From Macrostomum lignano (Eukaryota), in assembly GCA_002269645.1 (NCBI GenBank), contig NIVC01003770.1, positions 13,715 through 77,714 of the forward strand: DNA of 64,000 bases. The letters are read 5' to 3'. Positions within the stretch are counted from its first letter, which is position 1, and each line of letters starts with the position of its first letter. The notes beneath the pieces were generated by a model that saw nothing but the letters and a program-made list of their open reading frames with translations, ran no database searches and was not told the origin of the DNA. The position numbers and the translations under genes are program-made. Positions 24,697-38,149 of the stretch are shown piece after piece.

Positions 24697-26570
24697 ACCC
24701 GAACCATCAAACCCGAACCATCAAACCCGAACCATCAAACCCAAACCATCAAACCCGAACCATCAGACCCGAACCATCAAACCCAAACCATCAGACCCGA
24801 ACCATCAGACCCGAACCATCAAACCCGAACCATCAAACCCGAACCATCAAACCCAAACCATCAAACCCGAACCATCAAACCCGAACCATCAAACCCAAAC
24901 CATCAGACCCGAACCATCAGACCCGAACCATCAAACCCGAACCATCAAACCCGAACCATCAAACCCGAACCATCAAACCCGAACCATCAAACCCGAACAA
25001 TCAAACCCGAACCATCAAACCCAAACCATCAGACCCGAACCATCAGACCCGAACCATCAAACCCGAACCATCAGACCCGAACCATCAAACCCGAACCATC
25101 AAACCCGAACCATCAAACCCGAACCATCAAACCCGAACCATCAAACCCGAACAATCAAACCCGAACCATCAAACCCAAACCATCAGACCCGAACCATCAG
25201 ACCCGAACCATCAAACCCGAACCATCAAACCCGAACCATCAAACCCGAACCATCAAACCCGAACCATCAAACCCGAACCATCAAACCCGAACCATCAAAC
25301 CCGAACCATCAAACCCGAACCATCAAACCCGAACCATCAAACCCGAACCATCAAACCCGAACCATCAAACCCGAACCATCAAACCCGAACCATCAAACCC
25401 GAACCATCAAACCCGAACCATCAAACCCGAACCATCAAACCCGAACCATCAAACCCGAACAATCAAACCCGAACCATCAAACCCAAACCATCAGACCCGA
25501 ACCATCAGACCCGAACCATCAAACCCGAACCATCAAACCCGAACCATCAAACCCGAACCATCAAACCCGAACCATCAAACCCGAACAATCAAACCCGAAC
25601 CATCAAACCCAAACCATCAGACCCGAACCATCAGACCCGAACCATCAAACCCGAACCATCAAACCCGAACCATCAAACCCGAACCATCAAACCCGAACCA
25701 TCAAACCCGAACCATCAAACCCGAACCATCAAACCCGAACCATCAAACCCGAACCATCAAACCCGAACCATCAAACCCGAACCATCAAACCCGAACCATC
25801 AAACCCGAACCATCAAACCCGAACCATCAAACCCGAACCATCAAACCCGAACCATCAAACCCGAACCATCAAACCCGAACCATCAAACCCGAACCATCAA
25901 ACCCGAACAATCAAACCCGAACCATCAAACCCGAACCATCAGACCCGAACCATCAGACCCGAACCATCAAACCCGAACCATCAAACCCGAACCATCAAAC
26001 CCGAACCATCAAACCCGAACCATCAAACCCGAACAATCAAACCCGAACCATCAAACCCAAACCATCAGACCCGAACCATCAGACCCGAACCATCAAACCC
26101 GAACCATCAAACCCGAACCATCAAACCCGAACCATCAAACCCGAACCATCAAACCCGAACCATCAAACCCGAACCATCAAACCCGAACAATCAAACCCGA
26201 ACCATCAAACCCGAACCATCAGACCCGAACCATCAGACCCGAACCATCAAACCCGAACCATCAAACCCGAACCATCAAACCCGAACCATCAAACCCGAAC
26301 CATCAAACCCGAACAATCAAACCCGAACCATCAAACCCAAACCATCAGACCCGAACCATCAGACCCGAACCATCAAACCCGAACCATCAAACCCGAACCA
26401 TCAAACCCGAACCATCAAACCCGAACCATCAAACCCGAACCATCAAACCCGAACAATCAAACCCGAACCATCAAACCCGAACCATCAAACCCGAACCATC
26501 AAACCCGAACCATCAAACCCGAACAATCAAATACGAACCATCAAACCCGAACAATCAAATACGAACCATA
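24697..26570. repeat. 14-bp minisatellite (CCCGAACCATCAAA)n
   Basis: Direct reading. Source of the 690-aa and 682-aa repeat ORFs. Confidence 0.98.
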
Positions 26571-27589
26571 CGCAGGAGTCAGAAACGTAACAAGAGTGTC
26601 AAACCAGAAGGTGCAGGAGTTTTGGGATGCCAAATATTTGATTCAAGGTATCCGGAACGCATCTACAATAAACGAACCACGAGACAAAGAAGTCGATAAT
26701 TTTTTTCTGTACCTTCCTGCCTACTATCAGTAAAATAGTTGTAAAATTGACACCTGAAGTTTCACGAGTCTGTCTCACAGACTGAAGAATTCACATTCTC
26801 AAAGACAGATCGAAATTTCACAATCAGAAATTAGGAACTGAGAAGCTTTCAAATATATTTTGATTCATTCAATTTATTGATTCTATTAAAAAATGCAGGT
26901 ACACCAAGTCCTTTTGAAAAGTGCATAACAAACGTCTAGTCAAAATAATTTGTAGGAAGTGAAAATTGAGGGAATGAAATTGGGAAGCGCCACTCGGGGA
27001 CATCCCAGTCCACCAGATGGGGTGGAATTTTATTTTCAATCAATTTTACACCCAGCGGGGTGGGGGGGGGACACTGCCCGTGGCCATCGAGCCGGGGTTA
27101 CTAAAGCGAGACGAAGCAGAGTTTCCCGCTTTGGAAAAGACGACATTTGAGGTACTATTGCTCTTAACCTGGCGTCTTATCTTTTTCCTCAGCTCCAGCT
27201 TTGCTCAAGACTTTTAGTTTGAGCCGAAAGCTATATGGAGGATACGTAAAAGGTGGGGATCGAGATGAGGAGACCTATGCGCGTGATTGGGATCTGAAGT
27301 AAACACTGGCCTGAGCTGCCTCCGTGCCAACTGGGTCCGGCGTGCAGCCGCCTTGAGCTGAGGGAAGATCTACTCATTCGCGCATACAGCTTGCAAGTGT
27401 GTTAAAATAGTATAGCCCGAGATTTGCACCTTTGCTTCTTTACTCTTTGCCTGTATTAGCTGCTTTTTAAACTGACTGCCGACATGTAGCGTTGTTAAAT
27501 TGATCCAAGGGGAACTGACTGCAATTGTTGCATTTGGTCAGACCGTGCGATACTGAGAGAATACTGGGATGCGATCTGGGGAGAAGAGA

Positions 27590-28035
27590 GAGGAAAGGAG
27601 ACGAAAGGAGAGGAAAGGAGAGGAGAGGAGAGAAGAGGTGAGGAGAGGAGAGGAGAGGTGAGGTGAGGTAAGGAGAGGAGAGGAGAGGAGAGGAGAGGAG
27701 AGGAGAGGAGAGGAGAGGAGAGGAGAGGAGAGGAGAGGAGAGGAGAGGAGAGGAGAGGAGAGGAGAGGAGAGGAGAGGAGAGGAGAGGAGAGGAGAGGAG
27801 AGGAGAGGAGAGGAGAGGAGAGGAGAGAGAGGAGAGGACAGGAGAGAGAGGACAGGAGAGGAGAGGTGAGGAGAGGAGAGGTGAGGAGAGGAGAGGAGAG
27901 GTGAGGTGAGGTGAGGAGAGGAGAGGAAAGGAGAGGAGAGGAGAGGAGCGGAGAGGAGAGGAGAGGAGAGGAGCGGAGAGGAGAGGAGAGGAACGGAGAG
28001 GAGAGGAGAGGAGCGGAGAGGAGAGGAGAGGAGCG
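27590..28035. repeat. (AGGAG)n polypurine pentanucleotide tract
   Basis: Direct reading. Confidence 0.95.
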
Positions 28036-28947
28036 GAAAACACAGAAGATCACAGGGAAAGAAGGCAGGCATGAAGTCAAAAATAGCCATTAAGACTCCA
28101 GTCGGCGATTAAAATTATTTTTTATCACGGTAATATAAGTCAGTAAAAATAGCGGCTGGCCCAGTTCGCCCACTGAGCAATATGAGACATAAATTTCATT
28201 ACGCAACAGTTTCAGCCGGCGATGACATTAAAATGTTACGGAGAAGCACCTGTGTCCCCATCGTCCCTGCTTAATAAGCCTGGATTAGGAGATCGCAAAG
28301 ACAACCCGTTGCTGGGGGAGGTGAGGTGGGGATTGGGACGAATCTGCAGCCGGTGCTCGCAGCGGGGGGCTGCAGGAGAAGAAGGGATCGAAGGAGGAAG
28401 CGAGACGGGCTGGGAAGAGGCCACAGGGGATGCCAGGTTGGCCCTTTAGGAAGTCGCATTGGACGGCCTCGCCCTTGCCTGTGCCCGGGACGCGGCGGAA
28501 ACCTCCCATAGGGATAATAATCCCAGTCATTTCTGCCTAGTTAATATTACGCGCGTGTACTTATACAAAATTTGCATCTCCGCTGCTTGAATCCCAGGAG
28601 CTCAAACCCTTCTCTCCGCCCCTCAAAGGACTCCGCTTTGATATTCATTGCCGGCACCAGACGGCTATGGGAAACTTACTTCGGCTGACTCGGGCATCGA
28701 TGGCTAAGGCTGGTTTATTCTTTGAATAAAAATGACCCCGATATTGAGCAGGAGTGCTGAATACGGACAGATAGTTTGTCTGTTTAGTTGTAAACTAAAC
28801 ACCTGTTTGAGTGGCGCCACATCTGATTGGCGCAACATCTAAATAGCGCCACATCTGATTAGCGCCACATCTAAATAGCGCCACATCTGATTATCGTCAT
28901 ATCTGATTAGCGCCACATCCAATCATCTAATTGGATGATTAGCTAAT

Positions 28948-29135
<188 letters not shown>

Positions 29136-29169
29136 GCCGGTCGGCCTCCCTGCCTGTCTAAAACACTAT

Positions 29170-29273
29170 GGGGTCGTACTATAAAGCTGTCGTAGCGTAA
29201 GTTCGAACGTACGTACTGCGGAGATAGGAGCTAAGAACGATCTTATCTTACGATGGCGTTATAGAACGGGCCC
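29170..29273. mobile_element. About 104-bp degenerate MITE-like inverted repeat
   Basis: The left 36 nt (GGGGTCGTACTATAAAGCTGTCGTAGCGTAAGTTCG) match the reverse complement of the right end (GGGCCCGTTCTATAACGCCATCGTAAGATAAGATCG) at about 26/36. Flanks are TAT and TAA. Confidence 0.45.
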
Positions 29274-30279
29274 TAAGTCTTACGAGCTCGTATGTCCAGC
29301 TTCGCCCAGCCCACCGATAACAAAAACTACAACTGCGCAGTTTAAAAAACTGGAATCAAAAAGCTGAAATTCCCTATTAAAGCCGGGTCTCGAATGTCTC
29401 TCGCGGTTCTGTCGCCAAAACAGCAGCTCGCACGAAATGCCGCACTGGTTGCTCCTCCCCGCAGGAGTGCCGTCTGCCCACTGTTCGAACCAGCCTTCGA
29501 GCCAGTCTCGTCCCTTCCCTCCTCCTCAACCTATAAAGAAGCAGTTTTCTCAGTCCCGGTGGCTTCAAAAGAAGCAGCCAAATTCGCAACTCGAGGCTTT
29601 GAAACGGGGCGTCCAAGCGCTACACACAGCCGGCACCCGCAGCCACGCATAGCAATGGGTTAGCTATAATAAAAAGCGCATCGGGGGTGGCGCTGTGATG
29701 TAGCGGCTGCTTTGGCAGAATAGTATAATTCGATAATGCCCCGCTGGGACAAGGGGGATTAGCCTAATGAGGCCAGCCTAGGCCACTCTACTGTATTCGG
29801 TGTGGGAGCGTTGGTCAGGATTTCTCATTGCGGGAGGCACCATTTCTGTTGAGGGGCGCCATTTTTCTCGAGGGGCGCCATTTTTCTCGAGGGGCGCCAT
29901 TTAACTCGAGGGGCGCTATTAGCACCAGAGGCGCCAGCACCAGAGGCGCCAGCACCAGAGGCGCCAGCACCAGAGGCGAACTCGATGACAACGGGAACTG
30001 GAGAACTCAGCTGGGTTGAGGACAGCCAATATACTGTTTTTCCCGCACTAGCGACACACTCGCCTTCCAAATGCCGCAAACCGGATGTTATGGAGGTAAG
30101 CGCAGGAAGAGGCTTAGAGGCAGACGACGGGCAGACGAAGGACGAATTGGCATTTTATTGCGCAGGCGTGGCTTGCTCACTGATGGAGCCGTAATTTGGT
30201 GGGCCACAAATCGTGGAATAGTCTGAGTAAAGAAGCAGGCAGAAAATAAATATCCCATTGGGAATAATTTTAGTGGAAA

Positions 30280-31475
30280 AGATCTCACTGGGATAAATCT
30301 CACTGGGACGAACCTCACTGGTACGAACCTCACTGGTACGAATCTCACTGAGACGAATCTCACTGAGACGAATCTCTCTGAAACGAATCTCTCTGGGACG
30401 AATCTCTCTGGGATGAATCTCTCTGAGACGAATCTCTCTGGGACGAATCTCTCTGGGATGAATCTCTCTGGGATGAATCTCTCTGGGATGAATCTCTCTG
30501 AGACGAATCTCTCTGGGATGAATCTCTCTGGGATGAATCTCTCTGGGACGAATCTCTCTGGGATGAATCTCTCTGGGATGAATTTCACTGGGATGAATCT
30601 CTCTGGGATGAATCTCTCTGGGATGAATCTCTCTGGGACGAATCTCTCTGGGGTGAATCTCTCTGGGATGAATTTCACTGGGATGAATCTCTCTGGGACG
30701 AATCTCTCTGGGATGAATCTCTCTGGGATGAATTTCACTGGGATGAATCTCTCTGGGATGAATCTCTCTGGGATGAATCTCTCTGAGACGAATCTCTCTG
30801 GGACGAATCTCTCTGGGATGAATCTCTCTGGGATGAATCTCTCTGAGACGAATCTCTCTGGGACGAATCTCTCTGGGTTGAATTTCACTGGGATGAATTT
30901 CACTGGGATGAATCTCTCTGGGATGAATCTCTCTGGGATGAATCTCTCTGGGATGAATCTCTCTGAGACGAATCTCTCTGGGACGAATCTCTCTGGGATG
31001 AATTTCACTGGGATGAATCTCACTGGGACGAATCTCACTGAGATGTATCTCTCTGGGATGAATCTCTCTGAGACGAATCTCTCTGGGATGAATCTCTCTG
31101 GGATGAATCTCTCTGAGACGAATCTCTCTGGGACGAATCTCTCTGGGATGAATTTCACTGGGATGAATCTCACTGGGACGAATCTCACTGAGATGTATCT
31201 CTCTGGGATGAATCTCTCTGAGACGAATCTCTCTGGGACGAATCTCTCTGGGATGAATTTCACTGGGACGAATCTCACTGGGACGAATCTCACTGGGACT
31301 AATCTCACTCGGAAGAATCTTAATGTAACATATCTCACTGGGACGAATCTCCCTGAGACGAATCTCTCTGGGATGAATCTCACTGGGACGAATCTCACTG
31401 GTACGAATCTCACTGGGACGAATCTCACTGAGATGTATCTCAATCGTAAAAATCTCCGGCAAATCTCAGTGAGAC
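30280..31475. repeat. 15-bp minisatellite (CTCTGGGATGAATCT)n, free of indels
   Basis: Direct reading. The plus frame translates as (T/M)NLS(G/E) repeats. Confidence 0.95.
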
Positions 31476-32188
31476 GAATCCAAACATAATGATTATCAAG
31501 AGAGCAAATCTCAAGGGAAAAGTCTCGAGGATTTAAATCCCAGTGAAAAGCCGGCCATCAAAGCCAGCAGCTGCAACCAGAAGCTGGAGATGGCTGAGCC
31601 AGCGCAGTCAGGCATAAACAAACCAGGTGCAATACAAGCTGAAGGCACAGCGGGGGCCCCTATAATTGCCTGTTTTTTCCGTTCTCAATCTGCAATCCTG
31701 AGCCCCCTTAAATACCTAATTCCTAGAAATCCGTCAACAATTTTGTAATTAGCCAGCCGGCTCAGGCGTCAGCTCAGCTGAGCCGAAGCCGAGAAATCAT
31801 TGGCTTTACCTTTCAATAAGCGGAAGCCCCCCCAAAACACGGCCCTCAGCGCTGGCATTCGAGATTTTTATCCCCCCACCCCCCCCCCCCGAAATCCAGC
31901 TGCGCGGCTGCACAAATCTGTAGCGCCGCAATGGAGTGGGGCAGGTAGGGATGGCCGGGAGGAGAAATTTAATCCCGAATCAAAGCTGCGCCGGCAGACA
32001 GTTGAAGCTGCCCTGGGTTTTTTATTTAGATTCGGCTTTCACTTCGAGACTGCGGCCCGGTCGAGATGCGACTTCTTGCGGCTAACTGGGATGGAGTGGC
32101 GCTTGCACTGCGGCTCCAAGTGCCTGCCTATCTGACTGGGCGCTTGTCTACCTGCCTATCCTGCATAATTAATAGTAATGCAAATAAC

Positions 32189-32243
<55 letters not shown>

Positions 32244-32268
32244 GTGTCTGTCTGTCTGTCTGTCTGTG

Positions 32269-32311
<43 letters not shown>

Positions 32312-32312
32312 G

Positions 32313-32399
<87 letters not shown>

Positions 32400-32400
32400 A

Positions 32401-32433
<33 letters not shown>
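32189..32433. repeat. (TCTG)n microsatellite
   Basis: Direct reading. Confidence 0.97.
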
Positions 32434-32435
<2 letters not shown>

Positions 32436-33025
32436 TCAACTAGTTGAATAGTTTAGCAGCTTTCTTCATCAACTTGCATACAGCAGCTGCACAGTGCAGA
32501 TGTGCAGAAGCCTGCCCTGAGAAGACTGCTATCCAGCACATGTATCAATTTGTATCAGCAGCTAATTTTTAGAATTAAGCAAGCAATAAAAAAGTGGCAC
32601 AAAATTTTGTCTGCACTGCAATTTTAGAGACTAACCCAGCAAACTGTTACAATATCTGTAATACGATAAAGATTTTCAATCAACTATATCAAGAAATACC
32701 TCGTAGCTGTTGAAAATTACTTAGCCGCACGCAGTTTCCAGTGTGCTCAAACTTTGAGCAGAGTTAGCCTAGCTGCCTGCACTACCAGCAGTGCAGTAGT
32801 CGATGCCATTGTATTGTCCGCGTCGCAACAATATTCAGTGAGAGTGTTGAGCTTGGTACACTTTCTTCAACGGTGCTCTCCGATTGGAGTCAATCGAGGG
32901 TCTCTTGTCGAGAGAAAAAAAAGGTGAACACTGATTGCCTGGATTTGCCCCCTCTGCGCTACTCGGTTCGCGGCTTAGGGTGGAAAGCACGCGGTTGCTT
33001 AAGATAATCCGCTAGGCTTAGTAGC

Positions 33026-33070
<45 letters not shown>

Positions 33071-33449
33071 CCGGCATTGGCTACCCGGCCTGCAAGCCAG
33101 GTCCCGACGCCATTGGACGTCACCAGTAGCTCTTTTGGCGCCCCAATTTTCATGCTTTTCTCAGCCCGCCAACCAGAGTTAGAAAAATCCCCATTCCCAG
33201 AATTTTTTAATTCGACACGCCCGATCGGCTGCGGGCCAGCCAGGAGCCGCTGCGGCAAACCGAGTGAGGATTTTCGGGGAAATCAGAAAACTGGGGTCTG
33301 CCTCGGGCCAGCAGCTTTCTCGCGTGTTTTTATAGGTCATTTTTGCAGTAGTTTCGACTTTAAGACATTTTTTAACAAAGCTCTTAGGTTTCAGTCTCAG
33401 TGGAGACTGGACACTAAGTGGACAGTGGACACTAAGAAAACTAGGTTTG

Positions 33450-34198
33450 TGTCTGTGGCTAGTGTCCATCACCATGGGTGTCTGTGGCTAGTGTCCATCA
33501 CCATGGGTGTCTGTGGCTAGTGTCTATCACCATGAGTGTCTGTGGCTAGTGTCCATCACCATGAGTGTCTGTGGCTAGTGTCCATCACCATGGGTGTCTG
33601 TGGCTAGTGTCCATCACCAAGAGTGTCTGTGTGGCTAGTGTCCATCACCATGAGTGTCTGTGGCTAGTGTCTATCACCATGAGTGTCTGTGGCTAGTGTC
33701 CATCACCATGAGTGTCTGTGGCTAGTGTCCATCACCATGGGTGTCTGTGGCTAGTGTCCATCACCATGAGTGTCTGTAGCTAGTGTCCGTAAGTGTCTGT
33801 GGCTAGTGTCCATCACTATGAGTGTCTGTGGCTAGTGTCCATCCCTATGAGTGTCTATGGTTAGTGTCCATCACCATGAGTGTCTGTGTGGCTAGTGTCC
33901 GTCAGTGTCTGTGGTTAGTGTCCATGAGTGTCTGTGGCTAGTGTCCATGAGTGCATGTGGCTAGTGTCCATGAGTGTCTGTGGCTAGTGTCCATGAGTGT
34001 CTGTAGCTAGTGTCCATGAGTGTCTGTGGCTAGTGTCCATGAGTGCATGTGGCTAGTGTCCATGAGTGTCTGTGGCTAGTGTCCATGAGTGTCTGTAGCT
34101 AGTGTCCATGAGTGTCTGTGGCTAGTGTCCATGAGTGTCTGTGGCTAGTGTCCATGAGTGTCTGTGGCTAGTGTCCATGAGTGTCTGTGGCTAGTGTC
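33450..34198. repeat. Minisatellite switching from a 29-bp unit (GTGTCTGTGGCTAGTGTCCATCACCATGA) to a 23-bp unit
   Basis: Direct reading. Confidence 0.93.
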
Positions 34199-35913
34199 CT
34201 ACTGTAGTATTTGACGGCCATAATTTTATTTTCTGTTTCAAGGATCCGCTATTGACAGCACAAACATCACTGCTGCATTTTCTATCGAAAATGAGAATTC
34301 TAGATGAAGTCAGTGCATCACTAATAGATGGACTCATCTCCCAGGTGTGAAAGACTCCCGGGCAATGAAATACAAGCCGGCGCAGGTCGAGTCGAAGCTG
34401 ATTAACCCCAACCAATTCTGCTCAAAATAGAGCGCGGAGAGACAGCGATGCAGGAGGAAGGAGGGCGAGAGAAAAGGAATCTGAGATGCGCAGGCGAGAA
34501 GCAGGTCAGTTGAATCGCTGACACTGATTCAGGGCCAGCCAGTCCCCTCAAGCCCCTTCACTTTAGTCCGGAACCGACTCGAAACGCCTTTTAGAATTGT
34601 AACGCGACACGAAAGAAGCGCTGCTACTGCTGCTAGAGAAAGATGGCGGTACTCTAAAGAAGCTGAGCAGATTAATTTCGAATTCGTTTGGGCTTTTCTC
34701 TTTTTTTCTCCATCTGTGAGCCGCGCCATCTCTTTGTATATTAATCTGCAGACCTAAGGAAGAGATCTGTGCTAAGTACTTTAGAAAATACAGAGCGCAA
34801 TGGACAATGTTTTGTTATTTGTTTTTGTCGACAAAACAAGTGGAGAAGCGAAGCGAGAGTGTACATGCCTTGAAGATTCGAAAGTCAAAGAGCCGCTGTG
34901 TGAGCGTGTGCATGAGTGCGTGCCTGCGTACGGTATGGGCAGAATTGACTCAGCGCTGGTTTTGGGACGGCGTCACCGAAGGGGCTAATTACATTAAAAG
35001 TGCCACTGAAACTTTATAATGAAAATCGAAAATAGTCTTGCTGATTTTCTGCTTATTGAGAAAAAATACACATAGTTTTCTCACCTCGCTACTATCGGGT
35101 CATAAGTAGTATTTCGAGCACTAAACTAAAAATGATTTGCAGAATGTGTAAAATGTGCACTGATGCGTGGGTGTTTATTCTTGAGCACATGGAGGGTAAA
35201 GAGAGACAAGATGATGCCAGACCGCCATGACGTCCATCTCTCTGCGTGTTGCTGGGCACTGAGTCCATGGCTATACTCAGACGAATTCCATTCTCACGAC
35301 CCCCCGTACACTCTACTTTAGGCATTCGGCTCTCGTAATACAGGCATGCTGTTAGATAGACAGACATCCAGTAGTGACAGCGGAGGGTCTAAAGAAAATC
35401 ATAAAATTTAAAAGATAGAAGCAATGGAAAACGGAAGCTTATGTTGAAAAACATTGCCCCGCACCAAACGACATTGTCTTCCGTTATTTTGAATTTGAAT
35501 ATTTAACGTTAACGGTTTACTGTTTTGAAGAAAGTAAATATTGCTCTATTTAAGAAATGGTGGTATTGCTCAAGGCACGTTACAGGACCATAGTCAGGAG
35601 TTGCATCCATGGGTAATTAGTGTTCACCGAACTTGTATGAGAAAGAATCAAGATTTTACAATATTACCGCTTTTGAATTTGAAGAATGAAATTAAAATGC
35701 AACGGCACACAGCGGGTAGCCATAAATTTGCAAGAACAGTGGAGAGAATGCATGAATTTGAGGGCAATAAAACCACCGATGCAATTAGCGGCTTGGATAA
35801 AATGGAACGGTTACGAGTGTACGGTTGTAAAATTTCAGAGCGTCGTAAATTTTCTGAAAACTTATTTTATAAGTTTGTAAAAATGAACAAGCGCAGGGTT
35901 TTCGCTGTTGTTT

Positions 35914-36342
35914 AGTTTAAACCACAGATACTTGAATAACTAGATGGGCCACTCAGCACATTTGCGTGTGAACTACTTTCAGTTCAGTAGTAAGTTAAAC
36001 AGAAGCATTTTAATGTAATTTTAAAGCCAAGGCTCATTTATTGGCTCTTACCCCCAGCTTAAACCCTCCAATCGAGCCTTTCAACACTACCCCCCCCCCA
36101 CCCAATTTTTATTGCCTTTCAGTGGACTGGCTAATGTACATTATTGCTGAACCAATTAGCAAGCTGTTTACGCCTGCAAGCTTGGGCTTCTAAACTTATC
36201 AAAGTCATTTCAGCTGCCTTTATTTTTTATAAAATAGCTTATGTATTCTTCTTTGCTACTGAACTGAAAGTAGAAAGCCTTTTTACTAAGCATATATGCC
36301 TGAGTGGCTGATCTAGTTATTCTAGTATCTGTGGTTTAAACT
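35914..36342. mobile_element. About 430-bp MITE-like element with long imperfect TIRs and TTAA at both ends
   Basis: The terminal 43 nt match the opposite end in reverse complement at 40/43. An inner 18-bp perfect inverted pair lies at 35973-35990 and 36256-36273. TTAA at 35917-20 and 36336-39. Confidence 0.7.
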
Positions 36343-36910
36343 CTTGGCTTTTTGTTAGCGCGAAATAATAAATGGTCGAAAAGTCGAAAAGGATTAAAGC
36401 TACCCCCGATTATCAGTTTTCTCGTATCTTTTATTTCAGAATAGTCCAAGAGAAATTGCATAGAGTGGCGACTTTACAATGTTGCTGAGTATATATTATC
36501 CCATTGATAACTAAGTCAAATAGATAGGCCTTTACTAAAATTGATGGCAAACACAAAATAGCAATGAGCGCATTTTGCGATGCCTAACTATGGCAAGGAA
36601 GATTCAGACAGCCGCTAATTCTAACAAGCGGACAGAGAAGGAATGAGAGAAGAGAGAGACAAAGCCAGGGTTAGAAGGATAGACAGTTCGGCAAAGTTAG
36701 AGCTCGAAGATTGGACAGAAACAAAAGGAATTAAAGATAGCCAGGTATTAGAAAAGTTCTCATCTGCTGGCCATGCAGGAATGCCGAACCTGTGTATTAA
36801 TACATAGGCTTCTTCAGGCGCATGCGGTAGGCTGCACATACTGACGCGCCGCTTAAAACACGTACAGCTTTGAGACGGTCAGTCAACTCATTCCGCAAGT
36901 TCAATACTGA

Positions 36911-37460
36911 ATGATGAGCCCAAAGACGGAGCTAGCAGAGCTAGTCGTGCTGAACCTCCTGCTGATGGCATTATCTGTGGCGAATGCTCAGACTCTTGAA
37001 GGCTGGGCCAGCTCAAAGGAGGTGCCGTTGGGTGGCAGCCTGCGACTCCGTTGCAGCGCCGTCGGTCCGTCGGGTCTAGCGGTCCGCCTCGCCTGTCCGC
37101 TGCTCGCCAAGACTGCTGGGTCGGCGGCGACTTGCTTTGAAGATTGCCAACGATCGCCAAGAGCTGCGAAAGTCCCGGAGCTGCAGACGGCTGCTCGGTG
37201 CGAGCTGAGGCGGCGGCAGGTGGCGGCGCCAGGGAGCAGCATGGGCGACTACGGGTGGTCAGAGGTGACGATAGAGTACGAGTTTTCCGATTTCAGTGAA
37301 CGATACGATGGAAACTATACCTGCAAGTTCATGTTGCTGCGAGCCGTCAGCACCGTCAAGGTTGCATTGCCAGCGACTAACCCATCGATGACAAGTGCCG
37401 CTTATGCGACAACGCCGGAGCCAAAGAACTCGAAGATTGACGATTCTTCCGATAGCGCAG
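36911..37460 (+). CDS. Orphan type-I membrane protein, exon 1: signal peptide, Ig-like domain, S/T-rich stalk
   Basis: Hydrophobic leader (LVVLNLLLMALSVANA). Ig-type strands VPLGGSLRLRC and DGNYTC. Donor GCA G|GTCAGT, phase 1. Confidence 0.75.
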
Positions 37461-37549
37461 GTCAGTAAAACTGAAATTCAAAGATTTCTTTTTGAGACGC
37501 GGAACAGCTCTTTGATTGAAATTCTCTGAGTCGCCTGAGTGCCACCTTG

Positions 37550-38140
37550 GACTTTAGTGTATAACAGCTAGTGTCTAACAACTAGTGTCTAACAGCTAGT
37601 GTCTAACAGCTAGTGTTTAACAGCTAGTCTCTAACACCTAGTGTATTACAGCTAGTGTCTAACAACTAGTGTCTAACAGCTAGTGTCTAACAGCTAGTGT
37701 CTAACAGCTAGTGTCTAACAGCTAGTGTCTAACAGCTAGTGTCTAACAGATAGTGTCTAATAGCTAGCGTTTAACAGCTAGTGTCTAACAGCTAGTGTCT
37801 AACAGCTAGTCTCTAGCACCTAGTGTATTACAGCTAGTGTCTAACAGCTAGTGTCTAACAGCTAGTGTATAACAGCTAGTGTTTAACAGCTAGTGTCTAA
37901 CAGCTAGTGTATAACAGCTAGTGTTTAACAGCTAGTGTCTAACACCTAGTGTATTACAGCTAGTGTCTAACAGCTTGTGTCTAACAGCTAGTGTCTAACA
38001 GCTAGTGTCTAATAGCTATATTATCTAACAGCTAGTGTCTAATAGCTTGTGTCTAACAGCTAGTGTCTAACAGCTAGTGTCTAACAGCTAGTGTCTAATA
38101 GCTATATTATCTAACAGCTAGGGTCTCACAGCTAGTGTCT
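37550..38140. repeat. 14-bp minisatellite (AACAGCTAGTGTCT)n
   Basis: In intron 1 of the Ig-TM gene. Confidence 0.95.
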
Positions 38141-38149
38141 ACTTACTTG

